Notes: generated by a model not told the origin, from the sequence alone. A stretch of 64,000 bases of DNA from Candidatus Omnitrophota bacterium (GCA_041653835.1 JBAZEP010000005.1:313-64312); one strand, 5' to 3'. Positions 9,633 to 19,209 are shown, counted from the stretch's first letter. Made by a program: numbers and translations.

Positions 9633-10007
9633 TCAATAACCGCTCTTCATGTTTACCAGTATACCTTTGCGGTACATCTCTATCCTGTATTCTCGAAGCG
9701 AACCGTATCTTTTTTTCATGACATCCGGGATCTGCACCTCTGTCTTATGCCACCCCTGTTCGATATTGTTGAGGGAAGCGCTGGTAAAAGTAAACTCTCC
9801 TTCATTGAATTTGCAATGAGCCTTAAAAATAATATTATCTGTCCACTTTTCGCGCGTCTCATAATTTATGAGGAGTATATAACTATTCATTCTTTGTATT
9901 TTCATTACACTTTTTATTTCCGCTGAATCCGCGTAGGATAGCCCTCTGGCAACGAAGGACAAAATAACAGCTATAGATACTGAGATTGCGATATTTTTTA
10001 ACCTCAT
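9633..10007 (-). CDS. Small secreted hypothetical protein, paralog B. The start is probably the internal ATG at 10007, not the ORF-track start at 10043.
   Basis: MRLKNIAISVSIAVILSFVARGLSYA reads as a signal peptide and is preceded by an AGGAG RBS. It is paralogous to 9021..9392. Confidence 0.6.
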   Translation of the reverse strand: MRLKNIAISVSIAVILSFVARGLSYADSAEIKSVMKIQRMNSYILLINYETREKWTDNIIFKAHCKFNEGEFTFTSASLNNIEQGWHKTEVQIPDVMKKRYGSLREYRIEMYRKGILVNMKSGY

Positions 10008-10168
10008 ACCTATACTCCTTTTATAATGAAAATCTGCGCACACCCTCTTAACCTAATTATACCTTATAAACCATTTAAAAACAAGTTAGTAGGATAAATT
10101 ATGGAAACGTTTACTTCGATATAGAATATAACAGGAGGTTTAGGACAAGGCAAATTCTTTAACAGTTT

Positions 10169-11314
10169 TTACTTGGGCATGATAAAAATAAACCTGGAAC
10201 CTTTGCCGGATTCACTCTCTACTCTTATGCGACCCTTATGAAGAGCTATAATGTCTTTTGCTATAGGTAAGCCTAATCCAGTACCTTCTTTTTTCTCCGC
10301 AACCACCCTTACGAATTTATCAAAGATCTTGTCAACCTGGTCCCGCGGTATGCCTGGTCCATTGTCCTCTATCTCCACCTGCGCCTCATTCTGCATCTCG
10401 ATTATCTTTATAGTGACATTCCCTTTATCGGTAAATTTGACGGCATTAGCTATAATATTGATAAAAACCTGAGTCAATTTATCCCTGTCGGCATTGACAA
10501 TTACCGCTTTATCCGGAAATTTCCTTATAAGGCCTATGTTTTTAGTCGCCGCGAATGCCTCAAATGTCTTTATGATTTCTTCCGCTAACGCGGTGATATC
10601 AAAGCTTTCTTTGTTGAGTTCCATTTTCCCTGATTCTATCTTGGAAATATCCAGCAGATCACTGACCAGCCTGGAAAGCCTGTTTATGACTTTAAAAACA
10701 TCCCCTAGTATTTCTTTCTGTTTAGGGTGGACTTCGCCCAGAAAACCTTTATCTATATTGTCAAGGCTGCCTTTTATTATGGCGAGCGGCGTCTTTAATT
10801 CATGCGCGACGTTGGCCACAAAATCTGATTTCATCCTGTCCAGTTCCTGGAGCCGGACATTCATCTCTTCCAATTCCTCTTTCCTCAGGGTGATCTCTTT
10901 CTGCAGCCTGTCCTGTTCCGATTTTGCCCTGAATTCCAGTATTGTCTTGCGTATCATCAAAGGTATGGAATCCTCATATCCCTCTTTCTTCGGCAGGTAG
11001 TCAAACGCCCCTTCCTTCATAAGGTCGACCGCGGTCTGTTCGCTTCCCTGGCCCGTCATTATCACGACCGGCGTCTTTATGCCTTTGGCCTTTATTTCTT
11101 TCAAGGTATCAAGCCCGCTTTTTTTGGGAAGGTTGTAATCCAAAAGGGCTATATCGAAAGGGGTTTTTTCAAGCGCCAGGATAGCGTCTTCACCCGAGAC
11201 AACGTGTGTAATGTCGTATTCGAACGTACCGTCTTTCTGAAGCCTCTTTTTGGCGATAAGCGCGTCCGTGGGATTATCCTCCACGATCAGAATCTTTAAT
11301 TTTTCTTTAGCCAT
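10169..11314 (-). CDS. Hybrid response-regulator receiver / histidine kinase
   Basis: 381 aa. N-terminal REC domain (KILIVEDNPTD...LLDYNLPKKSG...PVVIMTGQG), then a coiled coil, HisKA H-box (ANVAHELKTPL) and HATPase_c (G-x-G-L-G-L). Confidence 0.85.
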   Translation of the reverse strand: MAKEKLKILIVEDNPTDALIAKKRLQKDGTFEYDITHVVSGEDAILALEKTPFDIALLDYNLPKKSGLDTLKEIKAKGIKTPVVIMTGQGSEQTAVDLMKEGAFDYLPKKEGYEDSIPLMIRKTILEFRAKSEQDRLQKEITLRKEELEEMNVRLQELDRMKSDFVANVAHELKTPLAIIKGSLDNIDKGFLGEVHPKQKEILGDVFKVINRLSRLVSDLLDISKIESGKMELNKESFDITALAEEIIKTFEAFAATKNIGLIRKFPDKAVIVNADRDKLTQVFINIIANAVKFTDKGNVTIKIIEMQNEAQVEIEDNGPGIPRDQVDKIFDKFVRVVAEKKEGTGLGLPIAKDIIALHKGRIRVESESGKGSRFIFIMPK

Positions 11315-11317
11315 ATA

Positions 11318-13981
11318 TCATGCCTTCGGCAGCGTAAAATAAAATGTACTGCCGATGCCGGGTTCGGATTCTACCCAGATTTTTCCGCCGTGGTTTTCAA
11401 CTATCTTCTTCACGATAGTAAGGCCGGCGCCTGTGCCTTCGTATTCTCCCTTGGCATGCAGCCGCTGGAATATCTGGAAGATCCTGTCGTAATACTGTTT
11501 CTCTATGCCTATACCGTTATCTTTTACGTAAAATTCATAGAAATCCTTTTTGTCCGCCCATCCTATCTCTACAACCGGCATTATATCTTTTCTGGTATAT
11601 TTGACCGCGTTAGACACAAGATTTGAAAAAACCTCCGATATCCTTATCCTGTCGCACGCCACCTTTGGAAAACCGGCCTTTACGATAAGGTTGACATTTT
11701 TTTCCTCAAGGGCATATACCAAGTTCTTTTTGACATCCAGGAGGACGCCGTTAAGATCTACGCCGGATTCTATATTCCTGATCCTTCCTATGCGCGACAG
11801 GTTCAGCAGGTCCTCGATAAGGCGCGTCATCCTGGAACTTGAATCGGATATTGTTTTCAGGTATTCTTTCCCTTCCTCGTCGAGCTTGCCCGAATACTCT
11901 TCCATAAGGAGTTTGGTAAAGGCCTTCACGCCTCTCAGCGGCTCTTTTAAATCATGAGATACTATGTAAGTAAAATCGTCCAGCTCCTTATTTTTACCGG
12001 CGAGCGCCTCGTTAGCCTCAGCTAGCTGGGCAGTCCTTTCCTTGACTTTGTTCTCCAGGTTTGTATAAAGGCCTTTCAGCTCCCTTGCCATCTTATTGAA
12101 TCCTTCTGCCAGCTCTTCTATCTCGTCGCCTGTCTTTATGTCAAGCCTGTGGTCCAGATTACCGCGGCCTATCAATTCAGCCCCTTTATGCAATTCCTGT
12201 ATAGGCCTTGTTATAGACCTGGTCGCGTAGAAGACCACGAAAGCCGCTATAAAAGCGACTGCCGCCATTATAAGGAACACGATGGTATTTATAGCGGCTA
12301 TCCTGTTCCTTATGTCTCTTTTATTTTTGTCTATCTGTTTCAGTTCATTATCCGCTTCTTTTTGCAAGCCCGCTTTTAAACCGTCTTCCAATTTTATGAG
12401 ATCCCATCCCCGTTCCCTCATAATCCTGTCGCGGCTGTCCATGATATTCAGTATCGAAGAGTTTAAGCTGTCTAAACCGGATTCTATATCATTTATCGTT
12501 ACAACGTCTTCGCCGGAGAGCGCAAGGTTCCTGTAAGTGTTTATATTGTCCTTCAGATCAAAATATAATTCGGAATATAGGCTTTTATACATTTTATCCT
12601 GGTCAGCCAAATAGTCCAATGCCAGTTTCTCCGCGTCGGATATCCCGGAATAGAGCCTTGTCAGCGCCCATTTCGCCGAAACCAGCCTGTTGAAATTTTC
12701 TCCCGGCTCTTTGCTCGCTTTTATGGCGGCGTCCACCCTTCCGGATAGTTCGTCTATATTATTCTCAAGCGCCGTTTTCATGGCTATTGCGCTTTTATGG
12801 CTTTTTTCCATGTTCTCGTATATTTCCATGCTGGAATCTATATTCTTAACTATATCCCTGTCCGCGCCCGTGATCGTTTCCAAAAATTTATCCCTGGCCC
12901 TCAGCCTGGCATGCACCTCATAATCCTTGAATCCCCTGTCTATGCCCTGTCTCAACGAATAATACGAACTTTTATACGCGTCATCCCCGGTAAGGATATA
13001 CCTGCCGCTGAGCCTCCACGACATCGCGACGTCTTTTTCTATCTTGGAAATAGTATGCACAGCGGGTATATCTTCCGTAAGGGCGCTGGCCATCCCGAGC
13101 CGGGAAGAGATTCTCGTTTTCCTTAAATTTATTATTTTATCCAGCGCGTCCGCAAGGTCCTTCTCTTTTGCGAAAAGGTCTTCCGTTAAATTGCCTGTTT
13201 CATCCCTTAGCTTGACTATCGTTTCCGCCCGCGCCTTCATCTTTTCCGATAGCTCCAGGAGTTCCGATGTCAATATCCTCTCCGCGTCCGAAAGCGAATA
13301 TCCGTAATAATTTTTATAATCCCTTATATACCTGTCAAGCGCTGAAAATTTCCCGAGGAACTGCCCTGGATCCCCCTTACCTGCGCCAGGCGCATACCGC
13401 ATGAGGCTGTCCATGATACCGGATACGCAGGATTTCGCTTCGGTAATAAGCTTCGATGCCGGGATATTGCGGGTGTTTATAAGAAGCGGGTCTTTTTCCG
13501 AAAGCATCTTGGCCTCTTCGAAATCAAAAAGCTTATAAAGGCCTTTATTGTATTTTATTTCCTCTTCCGCCGCGTTTTTAATCAAGTCTTTTATCTCCGA
13601 TGTGCCGTTGAACACGGCTCCGGCTATAACATTTATGCTCCCGGTAAGTTCTCTTATCTTTTCGAAAAGCGTCTTTTCTTCTTCAGTTACGATAAAAACC
13701 TTAAGCGCCGATATATCGTCCTGCATATTTTTATAAGAACGCTCGTAGTTCGTCCTGAAATTCTCATTGGAGGTTATAAGGAAACTATTCAGTTCGGAAA
13801 GGGCTGATTCCGCGGAGATCGCCATCTGGTATGCCATCCTTGAGGCGGGAAGTTCTTTCGAAAAAACCTGGTCCAGCCCCTTATATACCTGCCTGAGGCT
13901 GTAGATGGAAAGGCCTCCCAAAAATATTACAAGCAGGGATATCACAAAGAAACTCAGGCCTATTTTCCTGCTTATACGCAT
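11318..13981 (-). CDS. Sensor histidine kinase with large periplasmic/HAMP sensor region
   Basis: 887 aa. N-terminal TM, a long helical sensor, a second TM plus HAMP (ITRPIQELHKGAELIGRGNLDHRLD), H-box VSHDLKEPLRGV, and HATPase_c (GTGAGLTIVKKIVENHGGKIWVES). Confidence 0.85.
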   Translation of the reverse strand: MRISRKIGLSFFVISLLVIFLGGLSIYSLRQVYKGLDQVFSKELPASRMAYQMAISAESALSELNSFLITSNENFRTNYERSYKNMQDDISALKVFIVTEEEKTLFEKIRELTGSINVIAGAVFNGTSEIKDLIKNAAEEEIKYNKGLYKLFDFEEAKMLSEKDPLLINTRNIPASKLITEAKSCVSGIMDSLMRYAPGAGKGDPGQFLGKFSALDRYIRDYKNYYGYSLSDAERILTSELLELSEKMKARAETIVKLRDETGNLTEDLFAKEKDLADALDKIINLRKTRISSRLGMASALTEDIPAVHTISKIEKDVAMSWRLSGRYILTGDDAYKSSYYSLRQGIDRGFKDYEVHARLRARDKFLETITGADRDIVKNIDSSMEIYENMEKSHKSAIAMKTALENNIDELSGRVDAAIKASKEPGENFNRLVSAKWALTRLYSGISDAEKLALDYLADQDKMYKSLYSELYFDLKDNINTYRNLALSGEDVVTINDIESGLDSLNSSILNIMDSRDRIMRERGWDLIKLEDGLKAGLQKEADNELKQIDKNKRDIRNRIAAINTIVFLIMAAVAFIAAFVVFYATRSITRPIQELHKGAELIGRGNLDHRLDIKTGDEIEELAEGFNKMARELKGLYTNLENKVKERTAQLAEANEALAGKNKELDDFTYIVSHDLKEPLRGVKAFTKLLMEEYSGKLDEEGKEYLKTISDSSSRMTRLIEDLLNLSRIGRIRNIESGVDLNGVLLDVKKNLVYALEEKNVNLIVKAGFPKVACDRIRISEVFSNLVSNAVKYTRKDIMPVVEIGWADKKDFYEFYVKDNGIGIEKQYYDRIFQIFQRLHAKGEYEGTGAGLTIVKKIVENHGGKIWVESEPGIGSTFYFTLPKA

Positions 13982-13986
13982 ACCGG

Positions 13987-14547
13987 TTATTCCTCCAGAT
14001 GCAGGTCCACGTAAGCGGCCAGCATTTCCTGTATCTTCCTGGGAGGCAGGATAACGAAATAATGGTCTATTATGCAGTGCGCCATCTCATGCGCGAGTAT
14101 ATTTTCGTTCAGCCTGGATTCCACCGCATAGATAGTATTTGTCCTGTATATATAAAAAGAGACCGATGTATTTGGTTCATTAAAAAACTCTTCATATACC
14201 CTGTCCAGCTCTTCTTTGGTCTTATATATATTGATGGCGGTATGTATTTTAGCCGGGTACATGTCAAGGAGTTCTTCCGCCTTATTAAAAATAGCGTCTA
14301 ATTTGTACGCTATCATATCTTCCTCGGACATATCCGGATTTCCCCTGTAACCCCTTGGGCTGTAAAAATCAGAGAACCCCGGATTTATCCGCCTGTTGAC
14401 CTTCTTAATATCCACATCATCCTCATAAAAGACAGTACAAAATCCCGAAGAAAATACGCCTTTTTCCCCTTCCTGGGCATAAACCATATTCCCGGTCAGG
14501 ATGATACAAAATATTATGGGTAAGATCCGGATTATCATATGTCTCAT
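13987..14547 (-). CDS. Small secreted protein with HExxH motif
   Basis: 186 aa. Signal peptide, then ILAHEMAHCIIDHY. Possible minimal zinc peptidase or peptidase-like chaperone. Confidence 0.5.
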   Translation of the reverse strand: MRHMIIRILPIIFCIILTGNMVYAQEGEKGVFSSGFCTVFYEDDVDIKKVNRRINPGFSDFYSPRGYRGNPDMSEEDMIAYKLDAIFNKAEELLDMYPAKIHTAINIYKTKEELDRVYEEFFNEPNTSVSFYIYRTNTIYAVESRLNENILAHEMAHCIIDHYFVILPPRKIQEMLAAYVDLHLEE

Positions 14548-14553
14548 GATCGG

Positions 14554-15162
14554 CTAATTTTTAATTTTAAAATACCCAAGCGCCTTGGTCAGGTTCAATT
14601 TGTCTTTTTTCAACTCCCCCACTATCCTCTTTATGTCCTCCCTTAGAAGTATCTCCCTGCTCGAACTTGTGGAGAGTTCTTCTATGAGTTTATCCAGTTT
14701 TTCGGAAACATTATTTACTTCCGCGAGGCCGTATTTGAGATCATGCGTCATCTTGTTCAACGAACCCGCCATGTTCTGGAACTGATCTTTCTCCCTGATC
14801 TTCAGATCGGAATAGAACTTACCCGCCCCTATCTCGTTTATGTATTTTTCGAACCTGTACATCGGGCCCGCTATCCTGTGTGTCATGAACATGACCACCG
14901 CGCCCGCGCACAGCGCCGTAACTATGGCGGTCATTATCCCGCCGAATAAAATGCCCGGGAAAATATAATCTGCGGTGCTCTTTATCACAAGCCTGGAATT
15001 TTCAAAAGACGTGGTAAGCGTATGCCTGGAAAACAGGTATAGTATCGTGCCGAATACTATAGAGCCCACTATTACCAGTCCGCAGAATTTCAATATGAAT
15101 TCCGACTGGAATTTCGTATTTATAAAATAATTTTTCCGTTTGTATTTCATAAGGCCTCTCAA
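14554..15162 (-). CDS. Membrane protein with two TM helices and a HAMP-like linker
   Basis: 202 aa. TM1, an extracytoplasmic loop, TM2, then an amphipathic HAMP-like segment (RIAGPMYRFEKYINEIGAGKFYSDLKI) and a coiled-coil tail. It begins MRGLM, the same first five codons as the next gene. Confidence 0.5.
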   Translation of the reverse strand: MRGLMKYKRKNYFINTKFQSEFILKFCGLVIVGSIVFGTILYLFSRHTLTTSFENSRLVIKSTADYIFPGILFGGIMTAIVTALCAGAVVMFMTHRIAGPMYRFEKYINEIGAGKFYSDLKIREKDQFQNMAGSLNKMTHDLKYGLAEVNNVSEKLDKLIEELSTSSSREILLREDIKRIVGELKKDKLNLTKALGYFKIKN

Positions 15163-15232
15163 ATTTTGTGAAACAAAATTTGACCCCGAGCCGCCATTGC
15201 ACTCGCAAATATACGGCGAGGGGCCTTTATTC
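15148..15232 (-). repeat. Duplicated leader/start cassette, copy 1, in front of the 14554..15162 gene
   Basis: About 85 nt spanning the first 5 codons (MRGLM), the SD (gagagg) and a palindromic aaattttgt-ttc-acaaaattt box. Its first 34 nt are identical to 15786..15875 and the rest is about 70% identical. Confidence 0.6.
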
Positions 15233-15799
15233 TTTCTCTGAAAAAATACTTCCTATGGCGTTTTCGTCTATTTTTATATGGGCGTTATTTTTCAACTCGT
15301 TTATCCACGCGTTCATGGCGTCTTCTTCTTTTTGACGCCTTATCGCTTCCCTTATTTCATCCCTCACTTTCGAAAGAGGTTTTGTTTCCCCTGAATCCTT
15401 ATAATAATCCGTGACTTCATTGTCATAAACGTGTATCAGGCCGGACAATTCCCTGCTCTTCCTTTCCAGCATTATCCGCAATAGCGCCTGTTCCCAGTAA
15501 TTTTCGATGGTTTTCATAAAATCTTTTTCCCTGTCTATGCCGCGGCGCTGGGCCTCCTGCAGAAGCACTTGTTTTTCTATAAGGGCGCCCAGATATTGCT
15601 TCTTTCCGCTTTCCGTTTTTACGAGCTCCTTCTCGTCATGAGGGGCATTTTTGAGCTCGTATTTGACTTCGTCCGCAGTCATTTTATACTTATTTACCTG
15701 CGCGACGATCCTGTTTCCGGCGTCATTATCTCCACACGAACATCCTGTGATAAAAAAAAGTAACGCAGCCAACATAACTGATCTCATAAGGCCTCTCAA
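15227..15799 (-). CDS. Lipoprotein with SurA-N-like chaperone-like helical domain
   Basis: 190 aa. Lipobox LFFITGCSCG, then a helical domain reminiscent of the SurA/PpiD N-terminal region. Confidence 0.45.
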   Translation of the reverse strand: MRGLMRSVMLAALLFFITGCSCGDNDAGNRIVAQVNKYKMTADEVKYELKNAPHDEKELVKTESGKKQYLGALIEKQVLLQEAQRRGIDREKDFMKTIENYWEQALLRIMLERKSRELSGLIHVYDNEVTDYYKDSGETKPLSKVRDEIREAIRRQKEEDAMNAWINELKNNAHIKIDENAIGSIFSEKE

Positions 15800-15875
15800 A
15801 TTTTGTGAAACAAAATTTTATCCCGAGTCCGCCCTTATACCCGCGTATATGCGGCGAGGGACCTCTTAAAACGAA
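15786..15875 (-). repeat. Duplicated leader/start cassette, copy 2, in front of the 15227..15799 gene
   Basis: See copy 1. cataaggcctctcaaattttgtgaaacaaaattt is identical in both copies. Confidence 0.6.
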
Positions 15876-17101
15876 ACATTATTCAATATAATGCCTATTA
15901 TATTAGCGCCTCTCTTGCGCAATAACTCCTTTGAATTATTCAGGAGTTCTTTCGTAGTCCTTTTATTCTCCGCCACAAGTACCGTAGCGTCGCAGATATT
16001 CAACAATACCGCCATATCCCCTAGAAAAGGGGCGGCGGGCGCGTCGAAGATTATCTTCGAAAATCCCGTACCCGCTTTTTCCAAAAAAAGTTTTATATTT
16101 TTCGAAGAGATGGACTCGACGGGCCTGTACGACCCCGCCCCCGAAGTAATAATGGATAAATTGTCTATACCGGGATATTTAATGATATCCCCGAAATCCG
16201 CCTCTCCCGAGATATAATTAGAAAATCCTGCGTCATTATTCATGTTGAATACCGCGTGGATCCTGGGCCTTTTGACGTGCGTATCCACAAGCAGCACGCT
16301 TTCCCCGCCGTGCGCTATCATTACCGCCAGATTTATCGCGCTGATTGTTTTCCCTTCCCTGGGCGCGGAACTTGTTATGATTATGCTTTTAGCCGTAAAA
16401 AGTTTTGCCCTGACCGAACGGTAAGCCTCGGAACCCATGCATAACGGATCTTTTTTGACTACCATATCCGCGTCTGTCTTTGCCCTTATGTTTTTCCCGT
16501 CCGGCCTGATTTTCGGCACACATCCCAATACAGGCAATTTAAGTGCGCCTGTTATATCGGTCGGGTCCTTTATCGCTTTGCCTCTCCCTTTCCTGAAAAA
16601 AACCGCGCTTGCGCCCGCAACGGCCATCAGCATCGCGGACGCTATCATTCTTGATCTTTTACCGGCCTCGGCAGGCGCATACGGGACATCAGCGAAATCC
16701 TGCACGCGCGCGTTATCCGTCTTTATCCGGCTAAGGGCCGGATTAATATACACCCTGGCAAATTCATTGGCTATGCGGCGGGCATTTTCAGCTTCCGCGT
16801 CCTCCGCGACTATCCTTATGATCTCGGTGCCTTTTATACTTTGAGTTTTTACTTTTCTTAGGAGGGAGTCGGTGTCTTCTTTTAAGCCCAAATTTTTTAT
16901 AACATGGTGGGCGGTGCGCCTGGACTTTATTATTTCCCGCTGGGTTTCCACGTAAGTCCTGTAAGAAAAATCATCCGGGATTACCACCCCTATAATAACG
17001 GTGGCGCTGGCTCTATATACAGGCTTTTGTTTAATGTCCGCTAATATGACCAGGCTCAGGATTCCCAGCAAAACCGGCGCTATAAACCGTTTCTTGCCCA
17101 T
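15866..17101 (-). CDS. Polysaccharide co-polymerase / tyrosine autokinase (Wzc/EpsB-like; Wzz domain fused to MinD/ParA-like P-loop ATPase)
   Basis: 411 aa. N-terminal TM and chain-length-determinant-like region. C-terminal P-loop region with SSAPREGKTISAINLAVMIA and LLVDTHVKRP (Walker A/A' of BY-kinases). Confidence 0.75.
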   Translation of the reverse strand: MGKKRFIAPVLLGILSLVILADIKQKPVYRASATVIIGVVIPDDFSYRTYVETQREIIKSRRTAHHVIKNLGLKEDTDSLLRKVKTQSIKGTEIIRIVAEDAEAENARRIANEFARVYINPALSRIKTDNARVQDFADVPYAPAEAGKRSRMIASAMLMAVAGASAVFFRKGRGKAIKDPTDITGALKLPVLGCVPKIRPDGKNIRAKTDADMVVKKDPLCMGSEAYRSVRAKLFTAKSIIITSSAPREGKTISAINLAVMIAHGGESVLLVDTHVKRPRIHAVFNMNNDAGFSNYISGEADFGDIIKYPGIDNLSIITSGAGSYRPVESISSKNIKLFLEKAGTGFSKIIFDAPAAPFLGDMAVLLNICDATVLVAENKRTTKELLNNSKELLRKRGANIIGIILNNVSF

Positions 17102-17117
17102 ACGGCCTTTCTTTTTA

Positions 17118-17675
17118 TCAGTTCCTGATAAGGGCCAATGCCTCTGCGCGCGTCTTTTCGTTTTCCTTGAAAACCCCTCTTACCGCGCTTGTGACGGTGA
17201 GGACGCCCGCTTTTTTTACGCCCCTCATACTCATGCACAGGTGTTCCGCCTCTATTATAACCATAACTCCCATCGGTTTCAATTTTTTCATTAGGATTTC
17301 CGCTATTTCGGTAGTAAGCCTTTCCTGGACCTGGAGTCTTTTTGAAAGGATCTCCACTACTCGCGCTATTTTGCTCAACCCGGTAACCCTGTTATTTTTA
17401 GGTATGTACGCGATATGCGCCCTGCCTATAAAAGGCAAAAGATGGTGTTCGCATACCGAATACAAAGAGATGTCCTTCAAAAGAACTATCTCGTCGTGTT
17501 TTTCCGCTAAAAGCACTTCCAGTTCCCTGGAAGGGTCCCTGGAAATGCCGCTGAATATTTCGGCGCACATCTCCGCCACCCTCTCAGGTGTTTTTTTAAG
17601 GTCTTCCCTTTCCGGGTTCTCCCCGACCCCTTCCAGTATCATCCTCACTGCTTTCTTAATTTTATTCTTATCCAT
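17118..17675 (-). CDS. folE: GTP cyclohydrolase I
   Basis: 185 aa. CEHHLLPF zinc-binding motif and the overall FolE pattern. Confidence 0.9.
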   Translation of the reverse strand: MDKNKIKKAVRMILEGVGENPEREDLKKTPERVAEMCAEIFSGISRDPSRELEVLLAEKHDEIVLLKDISLYSVCEHHLLPFIGRAHIAYIPKNNRVTGLSKIARVVEILSKRLQVQERLTTEIAEILMKKLKPMGVMVIIEAEHLCMSMRGVKKAGVLTVTSAVRGVFKENEKTRAEALALIRN

Positions 17676-17745
17676 CCCGCCTCCCTATTTCAAGGTTCAA
17701 CCTACTTATGTTAACTTTCATGCATGACCAAGGTTGAACCTTTAA

Positions 17746-19161
17746 TTATTTTCCTATGCAAAACTCCGAAAATATCTTATCCAGCGCCTGCTCCGTTATT
17801 GTATGGCCTGTTATTTCGCCCAGGCTCTCTATTGAAGATCTGACATAGATAGTTATACAATCCATGGACAGCCTGCTTCTGCGGGCAGTTATAGCCTCGT
17901 TTATATCCGAAACGCACCGCCTTAAAATATCCAGCTGCCTTTCATTCGAAGCACCTGTAAAACCCTGACCCGGGACCCTGCCTTTCCAGACTATATTTTT
18001 GACCCCGTCTTCCAACCTGTCTATATCTTTTAGGTATTTTGCCGATACATTCACAAAACAACTCTTCGGGAATATCCTCCGGATACTTTTTATATCCAGC
18101 TTTTTCCTGAGATCCGTTTTATTTATAACCACTATTACTTCTTTACCATTATCCCTTATTTTCCCCATTATATCCAGGTCATCTTTATTAATTCTTCTCG
18201 ACCCGTCCAAAACCAGCAAAATCAGATCAGCGCCTTCCAGATGGACACGGCTTCTTCTTATTCCCTCTTTCTCCACGGGATGATCCGTATAGGTTATGCC
18301 TGCCGTATCCACAAGCGCTACCGGTATCCCCCTGATATTCACTATCTCCTCTATCGTATCCCTGGTAGTCCCCGGCACATGGGTAACGATAGAACGGGAT
18401 TCCTTTAATATAGCGTTCATAAGGCTGGATTTGCCTACGTTGGGACTGCCGCATATGACTGTCTTTATGCCCTGCCGTAATATCCTGCCATGATTGGCGC
18501 CGGAGATAAGTTTTTCTATCTCATTTTTTATGCCTCTCATTTTTTTAAATACCTTGTCGATATCTATACTCCGGAGATTATCTTCCGAAAAATCTATAGA
18601 GGCTTCCATGTAAGCATATATCTCGATGAGTCTTTTCCTGATCTCGTTTATCTTTTTGGAAAAAAGCCCTTCCAGATTGTTCAGCGCGGATTTTAGCGAA
18701 AGTTCCGTCTTCGCCTTTATCACATCCAGCACAGCCTCCGCCTGGATCATGTCTATCCTGCCGTTCAAAAACGCCCTTTTGGTAAATTCCCCCGGCTCGG
18801 CGAGCCTTGCCCCATTCATCAGGCATAGATCCAATATTTTTTTCAGCGGCGCTATGCCGCTGTGGCAATTTATCTCCACTATATCCTCTTTCGTATAACT
18901 CCCGGGCGCTCTCATCACGGTCAATAAAACCTCGTCAATTACTTTTGACTTTTGACTTTTTATTTTTGGCTTTTCTATGATATGGCCGTAATGAACCGTA
19001 TATGTCTTAAATCCCGACGGTTTGCCGGCAACACGGGGCACGAATATCTTATCCGCGAGCTTCAGGCTGTCTTTGCCGCTTAAGCGTACTATGCCTATGC
19101 CGCCTTCCCCTATCGGCGTTGAAACCGCTGCAATAGTATCGTCCAATTGTATATCAACCAT
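17746..19161 (-). CDS. mnmE: tRNA modification GTPase MnmE
   Basis: 471 aa. N-terminal THF-binding domain, G-domain GSPNVGKSSL, DTAG, and the C-terminal CIGK motif. Confidence 0.9.
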   Translation of the reverse strand: MVDIQLDDTIAAVSTPIGEGGIGIVRLSGKDSLKLADKIFVPRVAGKPSGFKTYTVHYGHIIEKPKIKSQKSKVIDEVLLTVMRAPGSYTKEDIVEINCHSGIAPLKKILDLCLMNGARLAEPGEFTKRAFLNGRIDMIQAEAVLDVIKAKTELSLKSALNNLEGLFSKKINEIRKRLIEIYAYMEASIDFSEDNLRSIDIDKVFKKMRGIKNEIEKLISGANHGRILRQGIKTVICGSPNVGKSSLMNAILKESRSIVTHVPGTTRDTIEEIVNIRGIPVALVDTAGITYTDHPVEKEGIRRSRVHLEGADLILLVLDGSRRINKDDLDIMGKIRDNGKEVIVVINKTDLRKKLDIKSIRRIFPKSCFVNVSAKYLKDIDRLEDGVKNIVWKGRVPGQGFTGASNERQLDILRRCVSDINEAITARRSRLSMDCITIYVRSSIESLGEITGHTITEQALDKIFSEFCIGK

Positions 19162-19172
19162 TCAAAATTTCC

Positions 19173-19209
19173 TAAAGGAAGATTTTTGACAATGTCAAAA
19201 ATCTTCCTT
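19173..19209. repeat. Perfect 37 bp palindrome (aaaggaagatttttgaca-a-tgtcaaaaatcttccttt) between mnmE start and folC stop
   Basis: Read directly. Core TTGACA-A-TGTCAA. Member of the GACA-N-TGTC family. Confidence 0.5.

Noticed and set aside
17689-17744. Inverted repeat aaggttcaacc...ggttgaacctt between folE and mnmE as a member of the GACA palindrome family
   Set aside because: It has a different core, a long 33 nt loop, and no GACA-N-TGTC. It is probably an unrelated hairpin.
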